Below are positions 1-9,211 of a DNA stretch of 64,000 bases, piece after piece. The position numbers and the translations under genes are program-made. The first letter of the stretch is position 1, and every line of letters starts with the position of its first letter. The notes under the pieces are model-generated. The model had not been told where the DNA came from, made no database searches, and saw only the letters and a program-made list of their open reading frames with translations. Source of the DNA: a virus; IMG/VR virus record IMGVR_UViG_3300027708_000030, positions 66,973 to 130,972 of that record; one strand, 5' to 3'.

Positions 1-1
1 A

Positions 2-2764
2 CTAAAAGCCAATATGAAAGTTATTGGTTTTGGTCTTCCAGATGGAACAACAATCGTTAGTATTAATAATGGAACTCAGATTACAATTAGTAATTCTGTT
101 GTTAATTATGCAGAAAATATTATTACATTCCAAGCAGCACCGACTAACTTAGAAGCAGTAAACAAAAGTAAAAATGCGAATGTGCTGACAGATAGTTCTG
201 GTAATCCAGTTACTACTGGATTTGGTGGAGTAGTTACTACAACTCCAGACGCATCACCAAGTGTTGGTGCCACTCCATCATCGAGTGTGACTAATAATGC
301 AATTCCAACAATACCACCAGCCAAGTCTGTAACAAATACAGCAAAAGCCACAGAAGGTATTAAAGCACTTATTGCTGCATGTGATAAAGTTGGACTTACT
401 ACCAAAGAACAGAAGTGTGCTTTGCTTGGTATTGCTGGTGGCGAAACAGGATGGATTCCTCAGTTAGAATCGTATAACTATACTCCTTCTCGTATGAAGG
501 CAATCTATTCATTTGCCACAGAAGATGATATTTCAAAGTATTCAAACGCATCAAAGCGTGGTCTATCCAGAGCAGAGTTTTTCTCATGGGCATATGGACC
601 AACAAAACGTGGTAAAGGTTTTCTTGGTAATCTAACAGATGACGATGGTGGAAAGTATTTTGGTCGTGGATTTATTCAGCTGACTGGTAAAGGTAACTAT
701 CAGAAATATCAAACTCTTGCAAATAACATGGGTTTGAATATTGATATTGTAAATAATCCAGATTCTCTTGATGACGACATTAATGTATCAGCATTGGTTG
801 CTGCACTTTACATTAAAGATAGAGTATCGGCTAAAGTTAATGCTAATTCACACCCTGGATACTTCCAAGCAGCAAAGGCTGCAGTTGGAGTAAATTCACC
901 AGATATTGCTGCACGTAAATTATCTTACTATGAATATTTCTATGGCGCAGTTGGTAATAGTGGTTCAGATAAAGATGCTGCAGCACCAATTCCAGAGCCA
1001 CCAGCAGATGGTTCTAAACCAACTCCTGGACCATCTGAGGATAGTAAAGCAACTGGTTCTGATGCAATTGGGTTTAGAGATCCAAACAATAAGTATCCAC
1101 TAAAAGAATATATCAACGAACCAGACACTAATCGTTTGGCACGAGGAATTATTCAAGGAACTGTTGTCAAGAAAAAAGATGCCGTAAGAAGATTAGATGT
1201 TCCTAAAGCCATTGATAATGGTTCATGGGATCAACCAGAGCCACCATACGGAGCAAAGTATCCGTACAATAAAGTATTTGAAACTGAATCTGGACATATC
1301 CAAGAATTTGATGATACTCCAGGACAAGAACGTATCCATATGTACCATCGTGCAGGGACATTCAGTGAAATTGATGCGAACGGCACACAGGTAAATTACA
1401 TTGTTGGTGATAACTTTACTATCATGGAACGTAATGGATGTATTCATGTTGCTGGTGAGTGTAACATTACTGTTGACGGTAATACAAATATCTATGCACG
1501 AACAGATGCTAATATTCAAGTAGAACAAAATGCCACTATTAAAGTTGGTAACAATTTAGATATTGGTGTTGCCAACGATACAACTATGGCTATTGGTGGT
1601 GACTTTAAAGTTAAAGTTGCTGGTGATTATAGTATTGAGGCAGCAAATATCTATGAGAAGTCAGATGCAGTTTATAAAGTCGATGCAGCGTCTGATCTAT
1701 CACTTAAAGCAGGTGCAGATTATTCTGCCGATGTTGGTGGTAGTCTTTCTATGCAATCTGCTGGTGGTTTAGATGTTCTCGGCAATACAGTAAATATTGA
1801 ATCTACTGGAAGTATGAATATACTTGCTGGTGGAACTCTATCTGCAGATTATACTCAAGGACAGTTTGGTAATGGCGCAAGTGGTTCTTCCACTAATGCA
1901 GTTAGTGCGCTTGCTGCAGTTGAACTTACTCCACCTGTTGCTGGTAAACCACTCAATCCTATTGTTCCTTACTTTATTCCACCAGAACGTGCATTTGAAG
2001 AAAGAACTACTGCTGAAACTCCAGATGATTGGGATACACCAGAAGGTCGTGCAATCTCAAATAAAGAATCACGTGAGAATGGTGTTGCTGTTCCAGTAGT
2101 TCCAGTTGCTGAAGACTCCGCTGCACCAAGTGGTGGTGCTGCAGCTGCTGCACCTGTTGATTGTAAAGTAATTTACAATACAACAAACTTTACCAATGAC
2201 TACAGACTATCCACCAACTTTACATTGGGTATGTTAATTGATGGTGGTGTGAATGGTAAACATAAACTTGTAGACCAGATGCTTCAGGATACTGCAAAGG
2301 GTCAACTAAGACAATATACTGTTCAAGAAGTTGTATGTAATCTTGCCATGGTTGCTCAGAATATTCTTGAACCATTACTTGAAATCCTTCCAGGAGGCAT
2401 TGGTGGCTATAAAAAGACATGGAAGATTAACTCTGGCTATCGTCTAAAAGGTGTTGTTCCACAAGAATCTGCCACGTCAGACCATTGCAAAGGACAGGCT
2501 GTTGATATCGGTTTAGTGAATAGCACATACGATAAACTCTATAACTTTGTGGTCTCTGCAGAGAAGATTCTTCCATATGATCAGATTATTTTAGAGTATC
2601 GTTACCCTTCTTCACATTGGATGCATGTAAGTTATAAGATGGATGCTAGAAGAAAGATGGCATTTACGATGTTGAATGATAAGACTTATAAGAGAAACAC
2701 AGCTGGTGTTCCACAAGGATTCTATCTTTTAGATACAATTCCACAACCAACTAGGACTGCATAA
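2..2764 (+). CDS. gp5: Baseplate hub / cell-puncturing spike (gp5-like), 5'-partial, with GH19-like lysozyme domain and C-terminal M15-like peptidase
   Basis: Frame is open from the window edge (first ATG at 14). Contains gp5 motifs FRDPNNKYP, YPYNKVFETESGHIQEFDDTPGQERIHMYHRAGTF and V-x-G beta-helix repeats. Also GH19 motif GGKYFGRGFIQLTGKGNY and M15-like INSGYR..SDH..GQAVD..WMHVSY. Followed by PAAR and gp25. Confidence 0.9.
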   Translation, partial: LKANMKVIGFGLPDGTTIVSINNGTQITISNSVVNYAENIITFQAAPTNLEAVNKSKNANVLTDSSGNPVTTGFGGVVTTTPDASPSVGATPSSSVTNNAIPTIPPAKSVTNTAKATEGIKALIAACDKVGLTTKEQKCALLGIAGGETGWIPQLESYNYTPSRMKAIYSFATEDDISKYSNASKRGLSRAEFFSWAYGPTKRGKGFLGNLTDDDGGKYFGRGFIQLTGKGNYQKYQTLANNMGLNIDIVNNPDSLDDDINVSALVAALYIKDRVSAKVNANSHPGYFQAAKAAVGVNSPDIAARKLSYYEYFYGAVGNSGSDKDAAAPIPEPPADGSKPTPGPSEDSKATGSDAIGFRDPNNKYPLKEYINEPDTNRLARGIIQGTVVKKKDAVRRLDVPKAIDNGSWDQPEPPYGAKYPYNKVFETESGHIQEFDDTPGQERIHMYHRAGTFSEIDANGTQVNYIVGDNFTIMERNGCIHVAGECNITVDGNTNIYARTDANIQVEQNATIKVGNNLDIGVANDTTMAIGGDFKVKVAGDYSIEAANIYEKSDAVYKVDAASDLSLKAGADYSADVGGSLSMQSAGGLDVLGNTVNIESTGSMNILAGGTLSADYTQGQFGNGASGSSTNAVSALAAVELTPPVAGKPLNPIVPYFIPPERAFEERTTAETPDDWDTPEGRAISNKESRENGVAVPVVPVAEDSAAPSGGAAAAAPVDCKVIYNTTNFTNDYRLSTNFTLGMLIDGGVNGKHKLVDQMLQDTAKGQLRQYTVQEVVCNLAMVAQNILEPLLEILPGGIGGYKKTWKINSGYRLKGVVPQESATSDHCKGQAVDIGLVNSTYDKLYNFVVSAEKILPYDQIILEYRYPSSHWMHVSYKMDARRKMAFTMLNDKTYKRNTAGVPQGFYLLDTIPQPTRTA

Positions 2765-3060
2765 TGGGTGGATTTGCTAAAGAGGGAGATTTGTCGCAAG
2801 GTATAGATGGACCAGCAACTGCTCTAACTTTTAGAAATCAAGCAGTTAAAACCTTTGTTCAGGGGATGAGAATAGCACTCGTGGGAGACCAGTATCAACC
2901 TCATACTGTTGGTAGAACGACTCATACTGGTGCTCAACGAGAAATTATAACTGGATCTGCTAAAACTTTCTTTGAGGGAAGAGCAGTTGCAAGATATGGA
3001 GATCAAATAGCAGATGGAGATCTAGTGGGTGGGAATGGCTTCAACACTTTTATAGAATAA
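2764..3060 (+). CDS. PAAR-repeat spike tip protein (gp5.4-like)
   Basis: Repeats GMRIALVGD and GRAVARYGD; 98 aa; TAATG overlap with gp5. Confidence 0.85.
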   Translation: MGGFAKEGDLSQGIDGPATALTFRNQAVKTFVQGMRIALVGDQYQPHTVGRTTHTGAQREIITGSAKTFFEGRAVARYGDQIADGDLVGGNGFNTFIE

Positions 3061-3074
3061 CCTAAATAAAGAAT

Positions 3075-3467
3075 ATGGCAAGAAATACAAGAATTTTCTC
3101 AGATTTAGATTTGAATTTCACTGCTCACCCAGTGACTAAGGACATTTCACGTAGATACGATGAAAATGCAATTAAAACTTCCCTTAAAAATCTAATTCTA
3201 ACCAGAAATTTTGAGCGACCATTCCATAGTGAAATCGGCTCGCCAATCAACGCATTATTATTCGAACCACCATCACCGATGTTAAACATCACTCTCCAGA
3301 GAGCCATTGTTGATGTGGTCAATAACTTTGAACCAAGAGTAGACTTACTGGATGTTAGCGTTCTTAGCAGTCCAGATGAAAATTCATTGTATGTTACTAT
3401 TACCTTTAAGATAGTAAATACACAACAACCTCTAACTCTAGATTTAACCTTAGAGAGAACTCGATAA
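3075..3467 (+). CDS. gp25: Baseplate wedge subunit gp25
   Basis: FSDLDLNF..HPVT, NLILT...ERPF...IGS and NFEPRV motifs; synteny. Confidence 0.93.
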   Translation: MARNTRIFSDLDLNFTAHPVTKDISRRYDENAIKTSLKNLILTRNFERPFHSEIGSPINALLFEPPSPMLNITLQRAIVDVVNNFEPRVDLLDVSVLSSPDENSLYVTITFKIVNTQQPLTLDLTLERTR

Positions 3468-5297
3468 ATGGAAAATAAAAAAATAAGCGTCTCTGAATTA
3501 GATTTTGACCAGATCAAATCTAATCTAAAGACATTTTTACAGGGACAAAATGAGTTTTCGGACTACGATTTTGAAGGTTCAGGTATGTCCGTGTTGTTGG
3601 ATGTTCTGGCTTACAATACTCACTATCATTCTCTTTATACAAACCTTGCTGTAAACGAAATGTTCTTGGACTCTGCTCGTAAGAGATCCAGCGTAGTTTC
3701 TTTGGCCAAGATGCTTGGTTATCTTCCAAGATCTTCTCGTGCACCAACAGCCACAGTAAACATCACAGTATCTGCTCCAACTGGTAGTCCATCTTCTTTA
3801 ACATTAGCTGCAAATAGTGCATTTTCTTCTATTGTTGATGGTGTGACATATACATTTTATAATACCCAAGCAACTACAATTATTCCAAATACTTCTGGTG
3901 CTTATATCTTTCAAAATGTTTCTTTGGTTCAAGGGACTCCATTAACATATAATTATACAGTTGCTACTGGAAGTCGTTTTATTATTCCAAACGCAGATGT
4001 AGATATTTCTACACTTACAGTTCGTGTTCAAGAAACCTCAGGATCTACTGCATATACATCTTATGTGTTTGCCAATAATATCACTGAAGTTGGTCCAACC
4101 ACTCGTGCTTTCTTTTTGAAAGAAATTGACGACCAGTTATTTGAAGTATACTTTGGTGATGGGATTGTAGGGTATAAACCTGCGACTGGTAATATTGTAT
4201 TGTTTAATTACTTTGTCACAGATAAAACTTTAGCCAATGGCGCACGTGTCTTTACTTTTGATGGAACAGGTATCGGTGGTGGCACTGTTTCAGTCAACAC
4301 AGTTACTGCTGCACAGGGTGGACAAGACATTGAAGATATCGATTCTATTCGTTTCAATGCTCCAAGAAATTACTCTGCTCAGAATCGTGCTGTTACAGCC
4401 GAAGATTATAAAGTTATTCTTCCACAACTATTTGCAAACATCGACTCAATTAATGTCTGGGGTGGTGAGGATAATAATCCTCCAGTTTATGGTAAAGCAT
4501 TCATTGCTATCAAACCACTCTCAGGTGAAACTCTTTCTAATGCTACCAAAGAACAAATTACAACTACGATTCTTAAAGGTAGAAATGTAGTATCAATTAT
4601 TCCAGAAGTCGTTGATGCTCAATATCTTTATATTATTCCAACTACAACTTTATACTATAATCCTCAACAAACAAATAGATCTGAAGAACAACTTAAAACA
4701 TTAGTTCGTGATACTATTGTAAATTACAATCAAACAGATCTTAATCGCTTTGATGGAATGTTTAGATTCTCAAAACTATCTCGTTTGATTGATGCTTCTG
4801 AAGAATCTATTTTAAGTAACATTACTACACTCGTTCTAAAAAGATCATTCACTCCAACTTTTAATACTAGAACTTCTTATGTTATCACTATTGATAATCC
4901 AATTTATACAGAAGGTGTTCCAGAAGGTGCTGTGACATCTGATGCCTTTACTATTGAAGGATCAAGTGAAACATTCTATTTTGAAGATGATGGTGTTGGT
5001 GCTATTCGTTTGTATTACTTTGTTGGTGCAGGTACTAAGAGATACATAAACGCTAACTTAGGAACAGTAAACTATACTACTGGTGCAATAACACTAAACG
5101 ATATTAATATTACATCTGCAACAAATAATGAAATTACCATTACGATTAAACCATCGTCAAACGATGTTGTTTCAGTTAGAAGTCAGTTGGCTTTAATTGC
5201 TGAAGAACAAATTGTTGTAAATGCTGTTGTTGATAAAGTTGCCTCAGGTGAGACCTCTGGCGGATCAAATTATATCTTCACCTCAAGTCGTAGCTAA
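3468..5297 (+). CDS. gp6: Baseplate wedge subunit gp6
   Basis: ELDFDQIKSNLK..F.DYDFEGSG..LLDVLAYNTHY; QNRAVTAEDY; VWGGED. Confidence 0.95.
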   Translation: MENKKISVSELDFDQIKSNLKTFLQGQNEFSDYDFEGSGMSVLLDVLAYNTHYHSLYTNLAVNEMFLDSARKRSSVVSLAKMLGYLPRSSRAPTATVNITVSAPTGSPSSLTLAANSAFSSIVDGVTYTFYNTQATTIIPNTSGAYIFQNVSLVQGTPLTYNYTVATGSRFIIPNADVDISTLTVRVQETSGSTAYTSYVFANNITEVGPTTRAFFLKEIDDQLFEVYFGDGIVGYKPATGNIVLFNYFVTDKTLANGARVFTFDGTGIGGGTVSVNTVTAAQGGQDIEDIDSIRFNAPRNYSAQNRAVTAEDYKVILPQLFANIDSINVWGGEDNNPPVYGKAFIAIKPLSGETLSNATKEQITTTILKGRNVVSIIPEVVDAQYLYIIPTTTLYYNPQQTNRSEEQLKTLVRDTIVNYNQTDLNRFDGMFRFSKLSRLIDASEESILSNITTLVLKRSFTPTFNTRTSYVITIDNPIYTEGVPEGAVTSDAFTIEGSSETFYFEDDGVGAIRLYYFVGAGTKRYINANLGTVNYTTGAITLNDINITSATNNEITITIKPSSNDVVSVRSQLALIAEEQIVVNAVVDKVASGETSGGSNYIFTSSRS

Positions 5298-5299
5298 TA

Positions 5300-7705
5300 A
5301 TGGCACTCGTAAAAACAAAAGTATCATCAGTCGTATCTAGACAAGTCCCCGAATTTATTCGTGAGGATAATGCACAGTTCATTTCATTCTTAGAAGCATA
5401 CTATGAGTTTCTAGAACAAACTGAGAAACGAGATCTCGGAAGTACTCGAGATATTGATGATACTGTTGATAGTTTTATTCAGTATTTTAGAAATGAAGTA
5501 TTGTTGCATGTTCCTATTTCTGTACTATCAGATAAACGCTATCTTGCCAAACAGATACATGAAGTTTATCGTTCCAAGGGTACAATAAAGTCTTACGAAT
5601 TCTTATTCAGAATTTTATTCAATGAAACTCCACAGCTATATTTCCCTAAAGTTGACATGCTCCGTTTGTCAGATGGTAAATGGGATCAGGCTGTTGTTAT
5701 TCGTTGTACTGAAACTACTGGAAACTCTTTCAATCTTATTGGTCAGACTATTAGTCAGGGTATAACTCGTGGTAGTGTAGAATCAGTTATTAAATTTCAA
5801 ATCGGTTCTGATACTATTGCTGAATTGACACTCAATGAAAAGAGTATTGTTGGAACATTTAATACAACAGATTCAATTACAGGATTAGACAATACTACTA
5901 ATACCAGTATCACACTAGATGTTTTATCAGTAATTACAAATTTTGAAATTAATAGAAATGGTTCATACTACAGAGTTGGCGATCCAATTGATTTAATTTC
6001 TGGATCTGGAACTGATGCTCAGATTGAAGTGACCAACATTGGTTACGGATCGATTGACAATATCATTATTGATTCTCCAGGATCTGGATATACCATTGGA
6101 ACAGAATTAACATTTAATAATACCGATGCAGGAGATTCAGGTGATTCTCTTATAACGGCAAAAGCAATTATTACTGACATTGACGTAGATTCCATTCTTA
6201 TGGAAAACGGATCTAAATTATTAAGTGAGCAAAGAGATCAATTTGACTTAGAAAATGTTACCACAGGTGGTATTAAAGCAGTTTCGCTTTTAACTGGTGG
6301 ATTCTATTATAGAAAACTTCCTATTGTTTCTGCCACTGGTGGTACTGGTGCTAAACTAATTGCAACTGGTAATGGTATTGGTAGAGTTACCAGAGTTGGT
6401 ATTACAAATCCAGGAGCACGATATGAGACTGCTCCAATTGCACTGTTTCCATATAATATCGTTGTCAAAGACATAACTGGCTCATTTACAGTTGGTGATT
6501 CTATTTCGGTTCTACCACAAACAATGTCTTTAGATACAGATGTTGATAGTGAGTTGCTTCTTGAGACTGGCGATAAAATTGTTTTAGAGAGCCAGCAAAA
6601 CCCGAGCGGAACTATTTACTCGTATGATACTGATAGAAACTTAATAACATTATATCCCACTTCAGATAGAATCGTAACTAGATTAGAAAATGATACAGGT
6701 TATTTACTATCAGAAGATGGAAAAACATTTGTAAATGAATCTTCTGGTCAATTCGAAACATATCAGACAATAACAAATTCTGCTGGAGCGACAGCCAAAA
6801 TTATTTCTGGATCTGGAAACCATGCTGAAGCCACAGGTGTTATCGGTGCTCTTAGCCGAACTCTTGGTAAGTTTATTAACGCTGATGGTAAAGTTTCTGA
6901 GTCTTCAAAGAAAATTCAAGACTCACTATTCTATCAAGAGTATTCTTATGTTATTAAAGTTGGTCAGTCTATTGACAAGTATCGTGACGCTGTTAAGAAA
7001 CTACTACATCCAATTGGTCTTGCTCTATTCGGTGAGGTTACAGTTCAATCATTAGTTAGTTCTCCATCGAATATAACTCTACAAGTATCTGAACTGCTAA
7101 AAACTATTCGTCTATTCTTGGATATGAAGATGCGAGCAGTTGGTAATTACAGAAGAATGGGGTATGAAGATAATTCTGCCTTAGACAAAGAACAGATAAC
7201 TCTGGTCATCACGGACTTTATTGCAAGCGTTCTTAGCCTTAAGACTACCACCTCTGAGTTCTTGCCAACGCTGGTATTCCCAAATCTTTCTCCTGCAGAA
7301 ATTCATTTATTGGATCTTCGTGCAGAAGTCGGAGAGTCTTACAAAGTTATCTACCACAAGACATTTGGTCAAACGATACCGACTTATATTAGTTCGTTTG
7401 CCAATTTAGAATTAAGATCTAGTCCATGGGCTGGATCGACACAACTTGGACCAACTTTTGGATGGTTAGAAAGATGGAAATTTACAGTTCCACCATATGT
7501 GGCTGGAACTAAAGAATCTATAGGTGTTTATAGAGACGCATGGAGCCAGAACTATACTGGAACTGATAATTCTGGTTACTGGGATACATACGCAAACACT
7601 CAGATAAAAGACTTTGCTGATGTTATCATCTCGGATGTTATAAATAATCCTAATAGAAGAACAAACTATAACAAAGAAGCGTATATTAACATAATTAAAA
7701 CTTGA
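5300..7705 (+). CDS. gp7: Baseplate wedge initiator (gp7-like)
   Basis: PEFIRED..F..FLEAYYEFLE, YRSKGT..SYEFLFRILF, IQDS.FYQEYSYVIK..KLLHPIG; lies between gp6 and gp8. Confidence 0.8.
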   Translation: MALVKTKVSSVVSRQVPEFIREDNAQFISFLEAYYEFLEQTEKRDLGSTRDIDDTVDSFIQYFRNEVLLHVPISVLSDKRYLAKQIHEVYRSKGTIKSYEFLFRILFNETPQLYFPKVDMLRLSDGKWDQAVVIRCTETTGNSFNLIGQTISQGITRGSVESVIKFQIGSDTIAELTLNEKSIVGTFNTTDSITGLDNTTNTSITLDVLSVITNFEINRNGSYYRVGDPIDLISGSGTDAQIEVTNIGYGSIDNIIIDSPGSGYTIGTELTFNNTDAGDSGDSLITAKAIITDIDVDSILMENGSKLLSEQRDQFDLENVTTGGIKAVSLLTGGFYYRKLPIVSATGGTGAKLIATGNGIGRVTRVGITNPGARYETAPIALFPYNIVVKDITGSFTVGDSISVLPQTMSLDTDVDSELLLETGDKIVLESQQNPSGTIYSYDTDRNLITLYPTSDRIVTRLENDTGYLLSEDGKTFVNESSGQFETYQTITNSAGATAKIISGSGNHAEATGVIGALSRTLGKFINADGKVSESSKKIQDSLFYQEYSYVIKVGQSIDKYRDAVKKLLHPIGLALFGEVTVQSLVSSPSNITLQVSELLKTIRLFLDMKMRAVGNYRRMGYEDNSALDKEQITLVITDFIASVLSLKTTTSEFLPTLVFPNLSPAEIHLLDLRAEVGESYKVIYHKTFGQTIPTYISSFANLELRSSPWAGSTQLGPTFGWLERWKFTVPPYVAGTKESIGVYRDAWSQNYTGTDNSGYWDTYANTQIKDFADVIISDVINNPNRRTNYNKEAYINIIKT

Positions 7706-7784
7706 TCAATCAAGTCATAAATAACAAAGAATTCTAATGGTAGTTACTGAACTACCTTGTATTAATCTATAAAAGGAAAATAAA

Positions 7785-9176
7785 ATGGCTGCAATTATAA
7801 CTTCAAAATTCCGCATCCACAATGCGCAATCTTTCAAAGAAGGTTTCTCAGAAGCTGCTGCAACTAACATGTATCTTGGTATCGGACGTCCACAATCTTG
7901 GACAAGCGATAACTCTCCAGATACTCCAAAGGACACAGTTGCTGATGAATATTACTATTGGCAAGATATGCTCGCTGTCAAGCGTGTTCAATCATCAGAC
8001 GTAGCACATGCTATCCCACGTCGTGACTGGACTTCTGGTCAATATTACGACATCTATCGTCATGACTACAATGGCACTACTGCTGGTGTAAACATCTCTT
8101 CTGGTGGTGGTACAACTCCAGCAAATCTATACGCTGCAAATTTCTTCGTTGTTACTGACGAATATAATGTCTACAAATGTTTAGACAATAGAAATACAGC
8201 AAATACAGTTATTGCTTCTACAACTAAGCCAACTGGTACTTCTACTTCAGCTATTACTACTGCTGATGGTTATGTCTGGAAATACATGTATACAATTTCT
8301 CCAGCTGATGTTATCAAGTTTGTTTCTACAGACTTTATTCCAGTTAAGACTTTGGCATCTAATCCAGGATCCACAGATTCTTATTACAATCAGTGGTTAG
8401 TTCAAGCAGCTGCAGTTGATGGTTCTATTAACAGTGTTTTAGTGACAGCTGCAGGTACTGGTTACCTATCAACTCCAACTGTTACTATCAATGGTGACGG
8501 TACTGGTGCGACTGCCACAGCAGTTAGAGATGCAGGTAGCAATACTATTACTGCAATTAACATTACCAATGCAGGTACAGGTTACACATACGCAACTGTT
8601 GCTATTTCTGGTGGTAGCGGTTCTTCTGCTACTGCAACTGCTTTCATTACACCAAAAGGTGGTCATGGTTACGACCCAGTTGAAGAACTCGGTGGCTACT
8701 ATGTAATGATGAACGTGCGTTTAGAGTATGATGACGGATCTGGTGACTTCCCAATTGATAACGATTATCGTCGTATCATGTTAATTCGTGACCCATACAA
8801 CTACGGAACAACAACTGTTTCTACTTCTACTACTTTGAAAGCAACTAAAGAGTTGACTTTCTCTAGCGGTACTGGTACATTCCAACAAGACGAAACTATC
8901 ACTGGTGGAACATCTGGTGCAGTTGGTCGTATTGTTTCTGTCAGTGGCACAACAATTCGTTACATCCAACTACGCACTGATAATGCTACTGGTGCAACAT
9001 TCTCGACTAGCGAAACTATTACAGGTGGGACATCTTCTGCGACAGGTACTGTTGCAACTAAGACTAATCCTGAAGTTCAACCATACAGCGGTGATGTGAT
9101 CTACGTTGAAAATCGTCGCCCAATTAATCGTGCAAGCGACCAGATTGAAGATATTAAAATCATCGTAGAGATGTAA
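7785..9176 (+). CDS. gp8: Baseplate wedge subunit gp8
   Basis: MAAIIT..FRI.NA, YNVYKCLDN, DGYVWKYMYTI, GGHG.DPVEELG and terminal EDIKIIVEM. Confidence 0.92.
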   Translation: MAAIITSKFRIHNAQSFKEGFSEAAATNMYLGIGRPQSWTSDNSPDTPKDTVADEYYYWQDMLAVKRVQSSDVAHAIPRRDWTSGQYYDIYRHDYNGTTAGVNISSGGGTTPANLYAANFFVVTDEYNVYKCLDNRNTANTVIASTTKPTGTSTSAITTADGYVWKYMYTISPADVIKFVSTDFIPVKTLASNPGSTDSYYNQWLVQAAAVDGSINSVLVTAAGTGYLSTPTVTINGDGTGATATAVRDAGSNTITAINITNAGTGYTYATVAISGGSGSSATATAFITPKGGHGYDPVEELGGYYVMMNVRLEYDDGSGDFPIDNDYRRIMLIRDPYNYGTTTVSTSTTLKATKELTFSSGTGTFQQDETITGGTSGAVGRIVSVSGTTIRYIQLRTDNATGATFSTSETITGGTSSATGTVATKTNPEVQPYSGDVIYVENRRPINRASDQIEDIKIIVEM

Positions 9177-9211
9177 ATAAATAATAAGTAAAGTTTAATA
9201 GAGAAACTATA

